A DNA stretch of 48,300 bases from a virus. The DNA is taken from the IMG/VR virus record IMGVR_UViG_3300000839_000001; one strand, written 5' to 3'. This document shows positions 18,142-27,163 of the stretch, piece after piece (position 1 is the first letter of the stretch; every line of letters begins with the position of its first letter). The notes under the pieces are model-generated. The model was not told the origin of the DNA. It worked only from the letters and a program-made list of their open reading frames with translations, and ran no database searches. A program made the position numbers and the translations under genes.

Positions 18142-21045
18142 CTAACCGCCTACGTTTACCGTTGCTGCTTGTGTCGCCAGTGCTGGAAGTTGTTGCTCTA
18201 TATTCCTTAACGCCGGAGCAATCTGATCTTTCAGAACATCATTATTTGCCTTGTTAGTTCGCCAAATTTCACTACTAGCATCGAGTATCTTTTTCGTATA
18301 GTCCAGTTGAGTATCCGCTACAGAGTCGGTAGTCCACACTCTACTCGCTAGACGCATAGCGTCCATACCTTGATAGGCTTGTACAGAGCTTTGTGTACCA
18401 AGTTTATCTGTTACCTTCTGTATGTCTTGTAAAAAAGAGTTATACGATTCGGCGTCTTTGATATATGCAGTATCGCCGGTGGCGACTGCTTTCTCAAGGA
18501 ATTGCTCTATACCTCTGCTGGCAAACTGCATTTGTCCCTGTCTATCAAGGCGTCCCCCTTGAGAGGGCTTGAGTTTAGCATACTCAAGATTGAGCTGTCT
18601 AGCTTCTCCCCCTAAGTCACGGGCTTGTTTCAATCGATTCTGTTCTACTTTAGCGAGAGACTTATACTCACTCTCTAGTTGCTGCAAAGTTTCTTCTGTA
18701 ATACGTGTCCATTTCGCAGACCCGATCTTACCTTTTATCTCGTCGCTAAGTCGTTGTGCATCTTTTAGAGCAAACGCCGCAGACTGGAAGCCTACAACTG
18801 TAGAGCGAGTAATATCGTCAATAAACTTACTATGAAGTTCTCTCAGATCGTAGATATTCTTTTCGGCTGTCTCTGCATCTACTGGCTGCCTAACAGGTGT
18901 GGGAAGTGGTTCGGTCACAACAGGTTGTACAGCTTTATTTTTTTCATCCTCTTGCTGTTGTAGATATACTTTATTTGCATCAATGTCTTGTTGCGTTACA
19001 GGCATAGCTGCCTGACTACCGTGAATCTTTCCACTGATTCTAGTGCCAAAGTAGGTAGCCATTAACTCGTCAAGAAACGCTCCTTGCCATGCCGCTCTAG
19101 CTTGTAGCTTAGCGCCTCTGGAAGTAGACTGTCCTTGTTGGGCACGTAGCTGTATATCTGCCGCTACTGCATTCTTTGCAGCTCCTTGTGCAGCAATAGG
19201 TGACCCGATAATTTTAGTCACCCACTGACTGAACTCCATAAGAGACTTGATCACACTCTGTAGGACTGGAGCCATATCTACAAACAATTGCTGGTTCTCT
19301 TTGAACCACTTACTCCAACTCTCTGCTGTCTCTATAGAGAACTGTTGAAACATCAGTACCACCGGCGCTATAGCTTCGCCGAGGTCTTCCATAGCTGTAA
19401 TCCATGCAGCATCCACAGCTTGCTGTTGGAGCTTTAGAGACCCTGCCGCCATATCTCGATCAAACTGTCCTGCTGTCTTAGCAGTCTGATCGAGAATAGA
19501 TTTCAAAATTACATACTGTTCAAGCTGCTGGGTATCTATATCTCTGTACCCAGTATTCTGCATACGATTGACTTCTCGATTCACATCTCGCTGTGAAAGC
19601 AGGACACCAGCTTGAGTGCGTAATGGGCGAAACTGCTTATTCATCGCACTCTGTATCGCAGAGAGCATATCATTAGTCTCGCCAACGAATGCGGCTCCTA
19701 AGTCGGCAGCTCTTCCGTGCATAGTCTCTGTGTACTGGAGGGCCTGTGATTCTCCAAGACCTTTTTCTTGGAGAGCCATAGACATCTGCACATACGACTT
19801 ATACACTTCGCCCATAGCAACTTTGAAGTGCTTATGGAACTCTCTAGCTGATCCTTCTGCTGCATCGCCTATATCGGAAAACGTCATCTTAAACGATGAC
19901 TGCATATCCTGCAATTCAGCAAAGGGTTTAGCCAGCGAGTACAGGCCCGATGATATTTTCGAGACCATGAGAGGTATTGCGGCAGTTATGGCAAGGAAGG
20001 CCGTAGCACCAGCCACAGGCCAAACGAATGCCGCTACGGGGCCTAGAACACGGGCAAATACCCCTGTCATCGGAATGAGTCGTTCTAACGAACTGATAAA
20101 CCGTGTCGCCCCTTCTGCCAAGTACACCATCGTAAAGGCATTAGCCCCCCGCATACCAACACCCATGAGAGCTATAGAGCGCATCATCTCTGTAAACCCT
20201 CTACCGCCTCCACCGCCCCCTCGGCTACCGCCGCCTCCACCTCCACCGCCGCCTCGGCTACCTCCCCCTCCTCCAGTACCTCCCGGAAATCTGGCACTTC
20301 GGAAAATAGCATTAGCATAGTTAGCTCGACTTACAGTAAGCGTAGTGAGCTTTACAGAGTTGAATGTAGATGTAGCAAAACGGGTACTCCCTGAAAAAAT
20401 AGTTCCAGAGAACCGAACACCTGACATAGTTGTTGGTAGCTTTACGGGGGCCGTCCGAAGCACTGCACCGCTAAAAGTGGCCCTAGCGAAATGACTTGTA
20501 GAGTAGCGAGCGACTCTGAAATCTGCATCAAGAAACGTCCCTCTAGTATAACTTGCTGTTGAAAAGCTAGTCCTACCGAACGTCACTGACCCAATCATTG
20601 CTTTAGATGCACTGAAATCTACAGACTTAATATGCGTAAGTATCGCACTCTTTGCAGTAAACTGATCGGTAGCGATTGACGTAACTTTGAGCTTCTCGAT
20701 CTCTAAAGACTTCTGAGTTTTGGCTGGTTCAGGGAACTTGATAGCTGCAACCTTGCGAGCAAGTTCGTCGACCTGTATGCCCATCGCTACACAGAGTTTC
20801 GTCCAAGATACAGAGATAGCGATCATCCCTGTCTCGAAAGAGTTCCATACTGCCGAAAGGTCTGGGGCACTTGTCGCTCCTGCTCCCGGCGTAGGTATAG
20901 AGGCTCCTTTACCTTTCTTAGAACCGCCAACGGGAGAGATGGTAGTCTTTAGGTCGACTCCAGCTACCTCTTGTTTTAGCTTCTCCAGAGCTTCATAGGC
21001 AGCAGAGGTATCAAGCGTGATGCCAACTGCAATAACGTCACTCAT
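18142..21045 (-). CDS. tail tape measure protein with an N-terminal pentapeptide-repeat block and a poly-Gly tract
   Basis: 967 aa, the largest tail-module gene. It lies directly after the G/GT chaperone pair and has long helical Q/A/E-rich segments. Confidence 0.8.
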   Translation of the reverse strand: MSDVIAVGITLDTSAAYEALEKLKQEVAGVDLKTTISPVGGSKKGKGASIPTPGAGATSAPDLSAVWNSFETGMIAISVSWTKLCVAMGIQVDELARKVAAIKFPEPAKTQKSLEIEKLKVTSIATDQFTAKSAILTHIKSVDFSASKAMIGSVTFGRTSFSTASYTRGTFLDADFRVARYSTSHFARATFSGAVLRTAPVKLPTTMSGVRFSGTIFSGSTRFATSTFNSVKLTTLTVSRANYANAIFRSARFPGGTGGGGGSRGGGGGGGGGSRGGGGGGRGFTEMMRSIALMGVGMRGANAFTMVYLAEGATRFISSLERLIPMTGVFARVLGPVAAFVWPVAGATAFLAITAAIPLMVSKISSGLYSLAKPFAELQDMQSSFKMTFSDIGDAAEGSAREFHKHFKVAMGEVYKSYVQMSMALQEKGLGESQALQYTETMHGRAADLGAAFVGETNDMLSAIQSAMNKQFRPLRTQAGVLLSQRDVNREVNRMQNTGYRDIDTQQLEQYVILKSILDQTAKTAGQFDRDMAAGSLKLQQQAVDAAWITAMEDLGEAIAPVVLMFQQFSIETAESWSKWFKENQQLFVDMAPVLQSVIKSLMEFSQWVTKIIGSPIAAQGAAKNAVAADIQLRAQQGQSTSRGAKLQARAAWQGAFLDELMATYFGTRISGKIHGSQAAMPVTQQDIDANKVYLQQQEDEKNKAVQPVVTEPLPTPVRQPVDAETAEKNIYDLRELHSKFIDDITRSTVVGFQSAAFALKDAQRLSDEIKGKIGSAKWTRITEETLQQLESEYKSLAKVEQNRLKQARDLGGEARQLNLEYAKLKPSQGGRLDRQGQMQFASRGIEQFLEKAVATGDTAYIKDAESYNSFLQDIQKVTDKLGTQSSVQAYQGMDAMRLASRVWTTDSVADTQLDYTKKILDASSEIWRTNKANNDVLKDQIAPALRNIEQQLPALATQAATVNVGG

Positions 21046-21066
21046 AATGATAGTCCTCTGCTGTTA

Positions 21067-21884
21067 TTAGAAATTTATGTTATCCGCTTGGAGTAGCTCT
21101 AGCTCCAGCTGGCGTTGCTTCTCTGTCTTACGATCAGTAGGTGTGACAGGCTTTAGAACTAGCTTGTTTCCTAGAGCCTTAGCTTTTTCATTATCGAAGT
21201 GTTTCGGTGGATCAAGCTGTAGCCTCTGTCGCACTTCTTTCTTAGAGAGTATATCTTCAATCTTATTCTTCTTAGTGTCTACTAGACTACTAAGTATCTG
21301 TCCCAAACGGGTGAGAGAGGTATATTCCACTTGTTCCACAGCAGTCGGACTAATATGCTCATGCTCAAAGAATCCACCTTTCACCTGACTACTATAAATA
21401 AAATACGCTTTAGAGTAAAGGAGCATTTCATCTGACACCTCTGTGGTAGAGGGATCAAGATGAAACCTCTCACAATACTCCATAAACCACAACTCCCTTA
21501 TAGCGAAATCGGGGGAGTCGGGATCGAAGCGTTTTTTACTGTCTTAATGCTCTCCACCAACTCATTGATTCGAGCGTCCGAGGCGTTCTTGATTTTGAAC
21601 GCAATGTAGGCAGCCATCGATGGCTCGGTATTGATGAAGTGTTCGATATGTTCAGTAGCCATCGGCTGCTTAGTATCATCATCGATCAAACGACCATCAA
21701 GTACATAGAGTACCCACTGTCCGAGGAACCCGCCATTAAGGACGTTATCGCCGCCGGGTAGTCCGAGAATCGCTTCTCCGTTCATAAAATAATAGGAGAA
21801 TGTATCAGTACTATCTGGCAGGGTGTCGGTCTGCACAGTAGTAATGTCGATCATAGGGACTTTAATAATTTCACTTGCTCTCAT
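21067..21884 (-). CDS. tail assembly chaperone -1 frameshift fusion product (gpGT-like)
   Basis: The frame of ORF 21067..21492 is -1 relative to 21498..21884. It stays open upstream to the slippery site (my reading: KKRFDPDSPDFAIRELWFMEY...). Confidence 0.65.
21498..21884 (-). CDS. tail assembly chaperone (gpG-like)
   Basis: Lies between the major tail and tape measure genes. It carries an AAAAAAC slippery heptamer 33 nt before its stop. Confidence 0.7.
   Translation of the reverse strand: MRASEIIKVPMIDITTVQTDTLPDSTDTFSYYFMNGEAILGLPGGDNVLNGGFLGQWVLYVLDGRLIDDDTKQPMATEHIEHFINTEPSMAAYIAFKIKNASDARINELVESIKTVKNASIPTPPISL
21531..21537 (-). promoter_or_regulatory. -1 programmed ribosomal frameshift slippery heptamer A AAA AAC
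   Basis: Minus-strand reading aca gta aaa aac gct in the G frame (X XXY YYZ pattern). Confidence 0.65.
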
Positions 21885-21945
21885 GTAACTCGCCTTTGTG
21901 TCATATAGGTGTTTGGCCGAACTACCGACCTATTATTAAAAGTAA

Positions 21946-21985
21946 AGAGTCGCCAGTCGTGATCTCCGGGGACACTGACGACTCT
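21946..21985 (-). terminator. stem-loop just downstream of the major tail protein gene (attenuator/terminator candidate)
   Basis: agagtcg ccagt..tg / cactg.cgactct arms. No clear U-run. Confidence 0.35.
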
Positions 21986-21997
21986 CTGTGGTCTACG

Positions 21998-22729
21998 TTA
22001 GACCATAGCCGGGGTTGTGTAAAGGGTAAGGGCGTCTGCATACGTTAGGCCCTTGTCGCAACTCCAATCGGGGGCGACAATATCGGCTCGCTGCAGAACG
22101 CTGGTTGCATCTGCACCAGTCTTGAGGGACGGCGGAACAAGCGTATAGGCTCGGTCATAGGAAGCCTGATCCTTACGTTGTCCGTTGAGGGTCATGGTAG
22201 CATACGTGTTTTCCGAGGACGCTGCGTTTGCCGAGATCGACAAGAGTTTGTACTTCGGATAAATACGAATCGCCCCTGTCTCAGAAAGCCAAGCAATCGA
22301 GATAATCGTATCTTCTTCTGTACCAGTAAGTCCTGTAATGCCGGGCCACCAGATAGACGTACCTGCTGCAAGGTTCACATCTTCTGGAGTGAGAATCCAC
22401 CGTTCCAGCATGGCGATAGCCACCGGATCATGTAACATTTCCGAGTTACCTGTACCGAGGGTTGGCCGCCCTGTAACCACTTCGGTATAGAGCGTTGTTT
22501 TGTCATCGGACGGAATTTCAAACGTGTTCGGTTCTGTGGCTTCTGGGGCCGTCTTGTTTACCGAATCAATCGCAATAACATCGCGATCCCCACTAATGAG
22601 GAATGTCGACGGATTTGCTTGCGACATATCGACTTTTCGACGCATCCACTGCTTAATGTAAAACTGGGCCTTCGCCGCGTTTCGCTCCCTAGTGGGCGAA
22701 ATTTTCGATCTGATAAGGATACCTGCCAT
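21998..22729 (-). CDS. major tail (tube) protein
   Basis: 243-aa ORF immediately upstream of the G/GT chaperones, followed by a stem-loop. This is the canonical siphovirus order. Confidence 0.6.
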   Translation of the reverse strand: MAGILIRSKISPTRERNAAKAQFYIKQWMRRKVDMSQANPSTFLISGDRDVIAIDSVNKTAPEATEPNTFEIPSDDKTTLYTEVVTGRPTLGTGNSEMLHDPVAIAMLERWILTPEDVNLAAGTSIWWPGITGLTGTEEDTIISIAWLSETGAIRIYPKYKLLSISANAASSENTYATMTLNGQRKDQASYDRAYTLVPPSLKTGADATSVLQRADIVAPDWSCDKGLTYADALTLYTTPAMV

Positions 22730-22744
22730 ATCACTTCTCCTAAA

Positions 22745-23167
22745 CTATTGTTTACTGTAACTATCGACAAAAAACTGTATACGGCAGGCTTGCCGTACTA
22801 CACCGTTCTCTGTAATGAGATTACCTATCGATTGGGCGGTAACCCCTACAACGTGATGGGTGTATTTACAATCAAAACTTGTAAGATGACCTGTGACGGA
22901 TAGGGCATTAAGAACTTCTTCTATAATGTCGGCTACAAACTTTTGTCCGTCAGCCCTATTGCTTCTTACGTCGAGCAAAAAGGTTGCATTGGTAGTTTGT
23001 TCACCGTCTGTCAATCCGCGACTATCTCGCAGATTGATCTTAAAAGAAGCCCATGTATCGGGAGTCTTATTATCTACATACTTAAACCATGCAGGCTTAA
23101 ACTCTACATCACTACTAACGCCTGTGAGTATAGTCTGAAAGGTCTTGTATAAAGTGTAGATATTCAT
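22745..23167 (-). CDS. tail completion / tail terminator candidate
   Basis: Position between the head-tail joining genes and the major tail gene. Confidence 0.4.
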   Translation of the reverse strand: MNIYTLYKTFQTILTGVSSDVEFKPAWFKYVDNKTPDTWASFKINLRDSRGLTDGEQTTNATFLLDVRSNRADGQKFVADIIEEVLNALSVTGHLTSFDCKYTHHVVGVTAQSIGNLITENGVVRQACRIQFFVDSYSKQ

Positions 23168-23174
23168 AATCTAA

Positions 23175-23651
23175 TTAAAACTCCCAATCCTCTGCTCCGT
23201 CATCACTCCACATACTGGTCTTATAATCGGAGCCATAGTATGCTTCGTAATAGTCTGCCTCTGTCATTTCGCCGTAGTAACCAGTATCTACTTCTTCGTC
23301 CTCTCCTACAAACCTTTGTGGTCTATAGCTAAAGGCTAGAGCGAGTAGATAATATGCTCTTGGAAAGTGTGGAAACTTTCTATTCGATCTTATCCACGGT
23401 GGTCTATTTGTAGGGCGGTGGGTTGTTCCTCGCTCTACATCTTCTACCACATAAGCTAAAGGCTCGCTGCCTTCTATACCTACACCACCTTCTAGTCCGT
23501 TGACATAGGGTAGTATTCTACTTATACTATATCCAGAGGATATAGGCCACGTCAACATCACCGATTCGTATACATGATTTACTGCTTTAGAGACCTGTGG
23601 CATACAGGTTCTCATAAGTATTTCACGTATCTGCTCTGGTGAAGATGGCAT
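23175..23651 (-). CDS. head-tail joining protein candidate
   Basis: Position only. Confidence 0.35.
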   Translation of the reverse strand: MPSSPEQIREILMRTCMPQVSKAVNHVYESVMLTWPISSGYSISRILPYVNGLEGGVGIEGSEPLAYVVEDVERGTTHRPTNRPPWIRSNRKFPHFPRAYYLLALAFSYRPQRFVGEDEEVDTGYYGEMTEADYYEAYYGSDYKTSMWSDDGAEDWEF

Positions 23652-23672
23652 AACACTAATCTCCCCGAACAG

Positions 23673-24071
23673 CTACCGGGTGTTATAAGTACAGGTACAA
23701 TCGTAATGGCTTAGAGCATTTACTACGTGTATAGCTCTCCACTGCATTACTGTGTATACTATATCCATTTTCTCTGGATATATCTTTGTAAGGTTATCTA
23801 TGATAGGAAATCCTTCCAGACCCGCCACCGGGATAAGAATCTGTACAGTGTATCCGGGTACTAGGTCTTGCGATTGCGTCCTATCATTTTTGATATATAC
23901 TTTTGTTGTCGCCGTTGTTTCTTCGTTTGTTCCCGTAGTCTCGAACGCATCTGACTCTTGTGGAACTTTGGTACGTAGCTCTGCTTGTCTACCGAATAGG
24001 TCGATCATTTGTTTGGTAAGACCTTGTGGGCCGTCAAACAATCCGGGAATCTGAAATTTACCTAGTGCCAT
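23673..24071 (-). CDS. head-tail joining / head closure protein candidate
   Basis: Position only. Confidence 0.35.
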   Translation of the reverse strand: MALGKFQIPGLFDGPQGLTKQMIDLFGRQAELRTKVPQESDAFETTGTNEETTATTKVYIKNDRTQSQDLVPGYTVQILIPVAGLEGFPIIDNLTKIYPEKMDIVYTVMQWRAIHVVNALSHYDCTCTYNTR

Positions 24072-24072
24072 G

Positions 24073-24522
24073 TTATCCTACCGATCTGTATGGATAGATA
24101 GCCATCTTATTGCCTGTACACCAGTAAAATCCCATCTCTTCCATGAGCCTATCGATGAATACAGAGAAGGGGTTCGCCGCCGGGTTCGTGGCGACTACTG
24201 CCCTGCTCACTCGCAGTACATCAACCTGAACAGTTGATGCGTTGCTAAGTATCTCGCTTAATATACCGTTTGCAGAACCGCCACCGAGATTCTCTTGAAC
24301 CAGTAGGACGTTAGCTTTCTGTATATTGAGGGGTATCGGGGTCATGTCTTTCAAACAACTAGGAAGGCAGTATCCAATCTCTAGGTGCATCGCTGCTACG
24401 TTCAATGCGACTGTCTTCTGGTCATTCGTTAAGGCTTCCCAGCTAGAGAGCGATCCATTGTCATAGAGACTAAGAATCTCTGTGGCAAAGGCGATTGTCG
24501 TATATGATACATTCTCTATCAT
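24073..24522 (-). CDS. head-tail connector (adaptor) candidate
   Basis: Position downstream of the capsid genes, tightly coupled to the next gene. Confidence 0.4.
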   Translation of the reverse strand: MIENVSYTTIAFATEILSLYDNGSLSSWEALTNDQKTVALNVAAMHLEIGYCLPSCLKDMTPIPLNIQKANVLLVQENLGGGSANGILSEILSNASTVQVDVLRVSRAVVATNPAANPFSVFIDRLMEEMGFYWCTGNKMAIYPYRSVG

Positions 24523-24597
24523 TGGATGATACTGCCTGCTCTAGTTGCTTTGGAGAAAACCATGTCCACACGCTATCGTGTTCGTTACAGTGTTCTG

Positions 24598-24948
24598 TTA
24601 CCCACCAATGTTGTTTGGAGTGATCGGGATGTTTTGCGGCGTGATCGGGGTGTACGGATTCGGTGGCAACTGTGTAGCTGGGGCCTGTGCAACTACCGGC
24701 ACTTCCTGTTGAGTGAACTGTTCAAGTCCTTGGGCCTGTACCTCTGGAGGAAGGACATCTTGCACACCCGGAAGAAGGTCTGTAGTTTCCGCTTCCGCTG
24801 GGACATGTTGCACCGTATCGGGGGCTTGCTTTGTACCGTTCACAACGCGACAAAACTGATTCCAGTCTCGGAACTGTTCTTTGGTTCCGTCTGTATAAAA
24901 GATGGTATAAATGCCGGGGCCTTTCCCGACTGCTTTGATAGTTTTCAT
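24598..24948 (-). CDS. hypothetical protein with a P/Q-rich C-terminus
   Basis: Co-oriented with the late arm. Preferred over the overlapping plus-strand ORF 24526..24969. Confidence 0.5.
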   Translation of the reverse strand: MKTIKAVGKGPGIYTIFYTDGTKEQFRDWNQFCRVVNGTKQAPDTVQHVPAEAETTDLLPGVQDVLPPEVQAQGLEQFTQQEVPVVAQAPATQLPPNPYTPITPQNIPITPNNIGG

Positions 24949-25094
24949 ATTGAACTCGCTTATATATAGTAAAGTTAAAGTTGAATAAAATGGAAGCCCT
25001 ACCGAAAAGGCAACTAAACGATAGGAACTTCCGGGCTACAACGGCGAGTTGTATGCCCAAAGGAAACGACATACTCACGCAGTAGTTACTACTG

Positions 25095-25133
25095 AAGGAT
25101 GTGAATACTTTGCTTCGCGTATAACACATCCTT
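25095..25133 (-). terminator. 9-bp stem-loop 18 nt downstream of the capsid gene stop
   Basis: aaggatgtg / cacatcctt with a 21-nt loop. No clear U-run. Confidence 0.3.
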
Positions 25134-25150
25134 ACAATAGCTATTACTAC

Positions 25151-26329
25151 CTATTGAAGGTTGTGAATACCAATGACGTTCTGCCACGAATTGAGCCACT
25201 CGATAGTGAACTTCGCCATGATTTCAATCGTGAGAGCATCTTGTCCCTGCATAACACCGGGGGCATACCCTTTGACGGTGGGGGCGAGTCGGTCAATGAA
25301 CCGAGTATTTGCGGTGTTGATCAACAAAGCCTGTCCCGGAGGAATGTTCCAATCGACGGTGACGGGGATTCGCTGTGAAGTGAACGGATTGATCAATTCG
25401 TTGATATAGCTACCGAACACTTGTTCGCCGGTAGTACGACTGACCTGTGTAACCACGCCGTCGATCCAATTTTTCGAGATATACTTCTGAGTCTGTCCAT
25501 TGATGCAGAGCGTCCAGTTAGTAGTATCCCAATCGGCGAGCATCTCGATAGCGTCCGCGAGGTCGTCATATTCGAGCTGACCAGTGGTAGCTTTGCGATA
25601 CACCTGCATACCGTCAGCATCCGCAGCACCGGGAACGACACTTTGAAGCCATGCAATACCGCCACAACGTCCGGTCAGATCAGCATCCGTCAACGACATA
25701 GAGCGAGTTGCTCCATAGATCAAGACGTTGTTGATATTCCGAATCATCAAGCGAGAGAGGTTTTCGAGTTGTCGTTCGATTTCGCTGGCTTGGTCGTGCG
25801 TAGCCGTATCCATCAAAGTCTGTGACAAGGTAACGTATTCACGAGTCGTTTCGATACCGTTCCAAACAAGTTTGTCTTGCTTGAACGCGGTACGTCCATC
25901 GAACACGATAGAGGCATCTCGGATACTTCGTGCCAATACTTCCCACGTAGCTGGGCCGGTAGGAATCGCTGTGATATTGCCGCCGTTTGCAGTGACCACA
26001 ACCAACGTGATATTGGTAGGAGTCACAACAGATACTTGAGCAATCAACGGCTCATTAGCCAGTCGCACTCGGTCACCAACTTGAAGGTAATCCAACGTAC
26101 CTGCCGGATCAGTGAGGGTGACGACACCACCTGCCGAGGAGGTTTGTTCAAAAACGCGAGGTGAGTCGTAGCGATTGATATACTGGTGACGACCGCCACT
26201 ACCCGGAGTCCATGCTTCCGAACGGATAGTCCGCAAGAGAGACGGAGAACTCTGCACTGCACGCTGCCAAACGCGGTTCACGACTTCCTGAATGTTGTCC
26301 AGTGTCGGAACATGATAAACTTTTGCCAT
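25151..26329 (-). CDS. major capsid protein
   Basis: 392-aa ORF directly after the scaffold gene in a portal-scaffold-capsid order, followed by a stem-loop. Confidence 0.65.
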   Translation of the reverse strand: MAKVYHVPTLDNIQEVVNRVWQRAVQSSPSLLRTIRSEAWTPGSGGRHQYINRYDSPRVFEQTSSAGGVVTLTDPAGTLDYLQVGDRVRLANEPLIAQVSVVTPTNITLVVVTANGGNITAIPTGPATWEVLARSIRDASIVFDGRTAFKQDKLVWNGIETTREYVTLSQTLMDTATHDQASEIERQLENLSRLMIRNINNVLIYGATRSMSLTDADLTGRCGGIAWLQSVVPGAADADGMQVYRKATTGQLEYDDLADAIEMLADWDTTNWTLCINGQTQKYISKNWIDGVVTQVSRTTGEQVFGSYINELINPFTSQRIPVTVDWNIPPGQALLINTANTRFIDRLAPTVKGYAPGVMQGQDALTIEIMAKFTIEWLNSWQNVIGIHNLQ

Positions 26330-26428
26330 GTTTCTAGCTTTCTAGTTAAGAGGAATTACTGCCTTATAGGCTACTCGGAAAGTGTTCCGATACTACACAA
26401 CAACTCGCCTTTGTATGTGTATTGTATA

Positions 26429-27163
26429 TTAACCTTGTCCCATTAGACCTTGAAGATCGGTCAGAATAAGGTCTCTATTGGACTTTTTATCCAGAGGTGT
26501 GTCATCTGCTCCTGATCCACCTCCACTACCTTTCAAATCGCCGGACTCGCCCGACTTGATAAGGTACGGTTTCGCCTTAGCGTATTCTGCAAAGTATGCA
26601 GCCGGTTCAGTAAGAGGATTGTTCTTGTGAACAACCTTGCCTTCGACGACTGTAAACTGTTCAGCGTACCCAGCAGCATCTTTGATTTCTTCGTCTTTGA
26701 ACTTTGCAGTAGTCATAGCTTTGAGGACGGCTTCGTTCACCGTAACTACCTGCTGGGCAGCAATAACTCGCTGCTTTTCGGTCTCGATAGCAGCCTGTTG
26801 GTCACTGATTGTTTTTTCCAGACCCGCCACCTTGTCAAGCACTTGCTGTAGAGCATCCGTTTTCTTCTTACCATCATCTGTAGCTCTGCTCTTTGCTTCT
26901 TCCAGAGCCTTATTCGACTCTGTAAGTTGTGTTTGCAGTGCTTCATAAGACTGCTTGGCAGTGGCAACCGCTGCAAGAGCTTCCTTCAAGGCTCGGTCGG
27001 TGTTCGTATGGTTTGTCATGAGCGCTGTATAGTTTTCTTCTTCGACTACGTACACTCCGGGTTGTGTTGGATCGGTGGGGTGAGGTTGCGTTTTGAGAGA
27101 CTTCTTAAAAGCCTCTATAGCATCCACTTCTGATGTAAAGGTTTGGCCGAAAAACTTAGCCAT
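26429..27163 (-). CDS. scaffolding protein
   Basis: 244 aa, A/E/K/Q-rich predicted coiled coil (e.g. ALKEALAAVATAKQSYEALQTQLTESNKALEEAKS). Lies between portal and capsid. RBS aggaga. Confidence 0.65.
   Translation of the reverse strand: MAKFFGQTFTSEVDAIEAFKKSLKTQPHPTDPTQPGVYVVEEENYTALMTNHTNTDRALKEALAAVATAKQSYEALQTQLTESNKALEEAKSRATDDGKKKTDALQQVLDKVAGLEKTISDQQAAIETEKQRVIAAQQVVTVNEAVLKAMTTAKFKDEEIKDAAGYAEQFTVVEGKVVHKNNPLTEPAAYFAEYAKAKPYLIKSGESGDLKGSGGGSGADDTPLDKKSNRDLILTDLQGLMGQG

Noticed and set aside
19616-20320. 234-aa plus-strand ORF with a poly-Pro run
   Set aside because: It is antisense to the tape measure gene. The poly-Pro is simply the complement of the TMP poly-Gly tract.
24526-24969. 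147-aa plus-strand ORF
   Set aside because: It is antisense to, and almost fully overlaps, the co-oriented late-arm ORF 24598..24948. It has no RBS and a Arg/Cys/Leu-rich low-complexity translation typical of a shadow frame.
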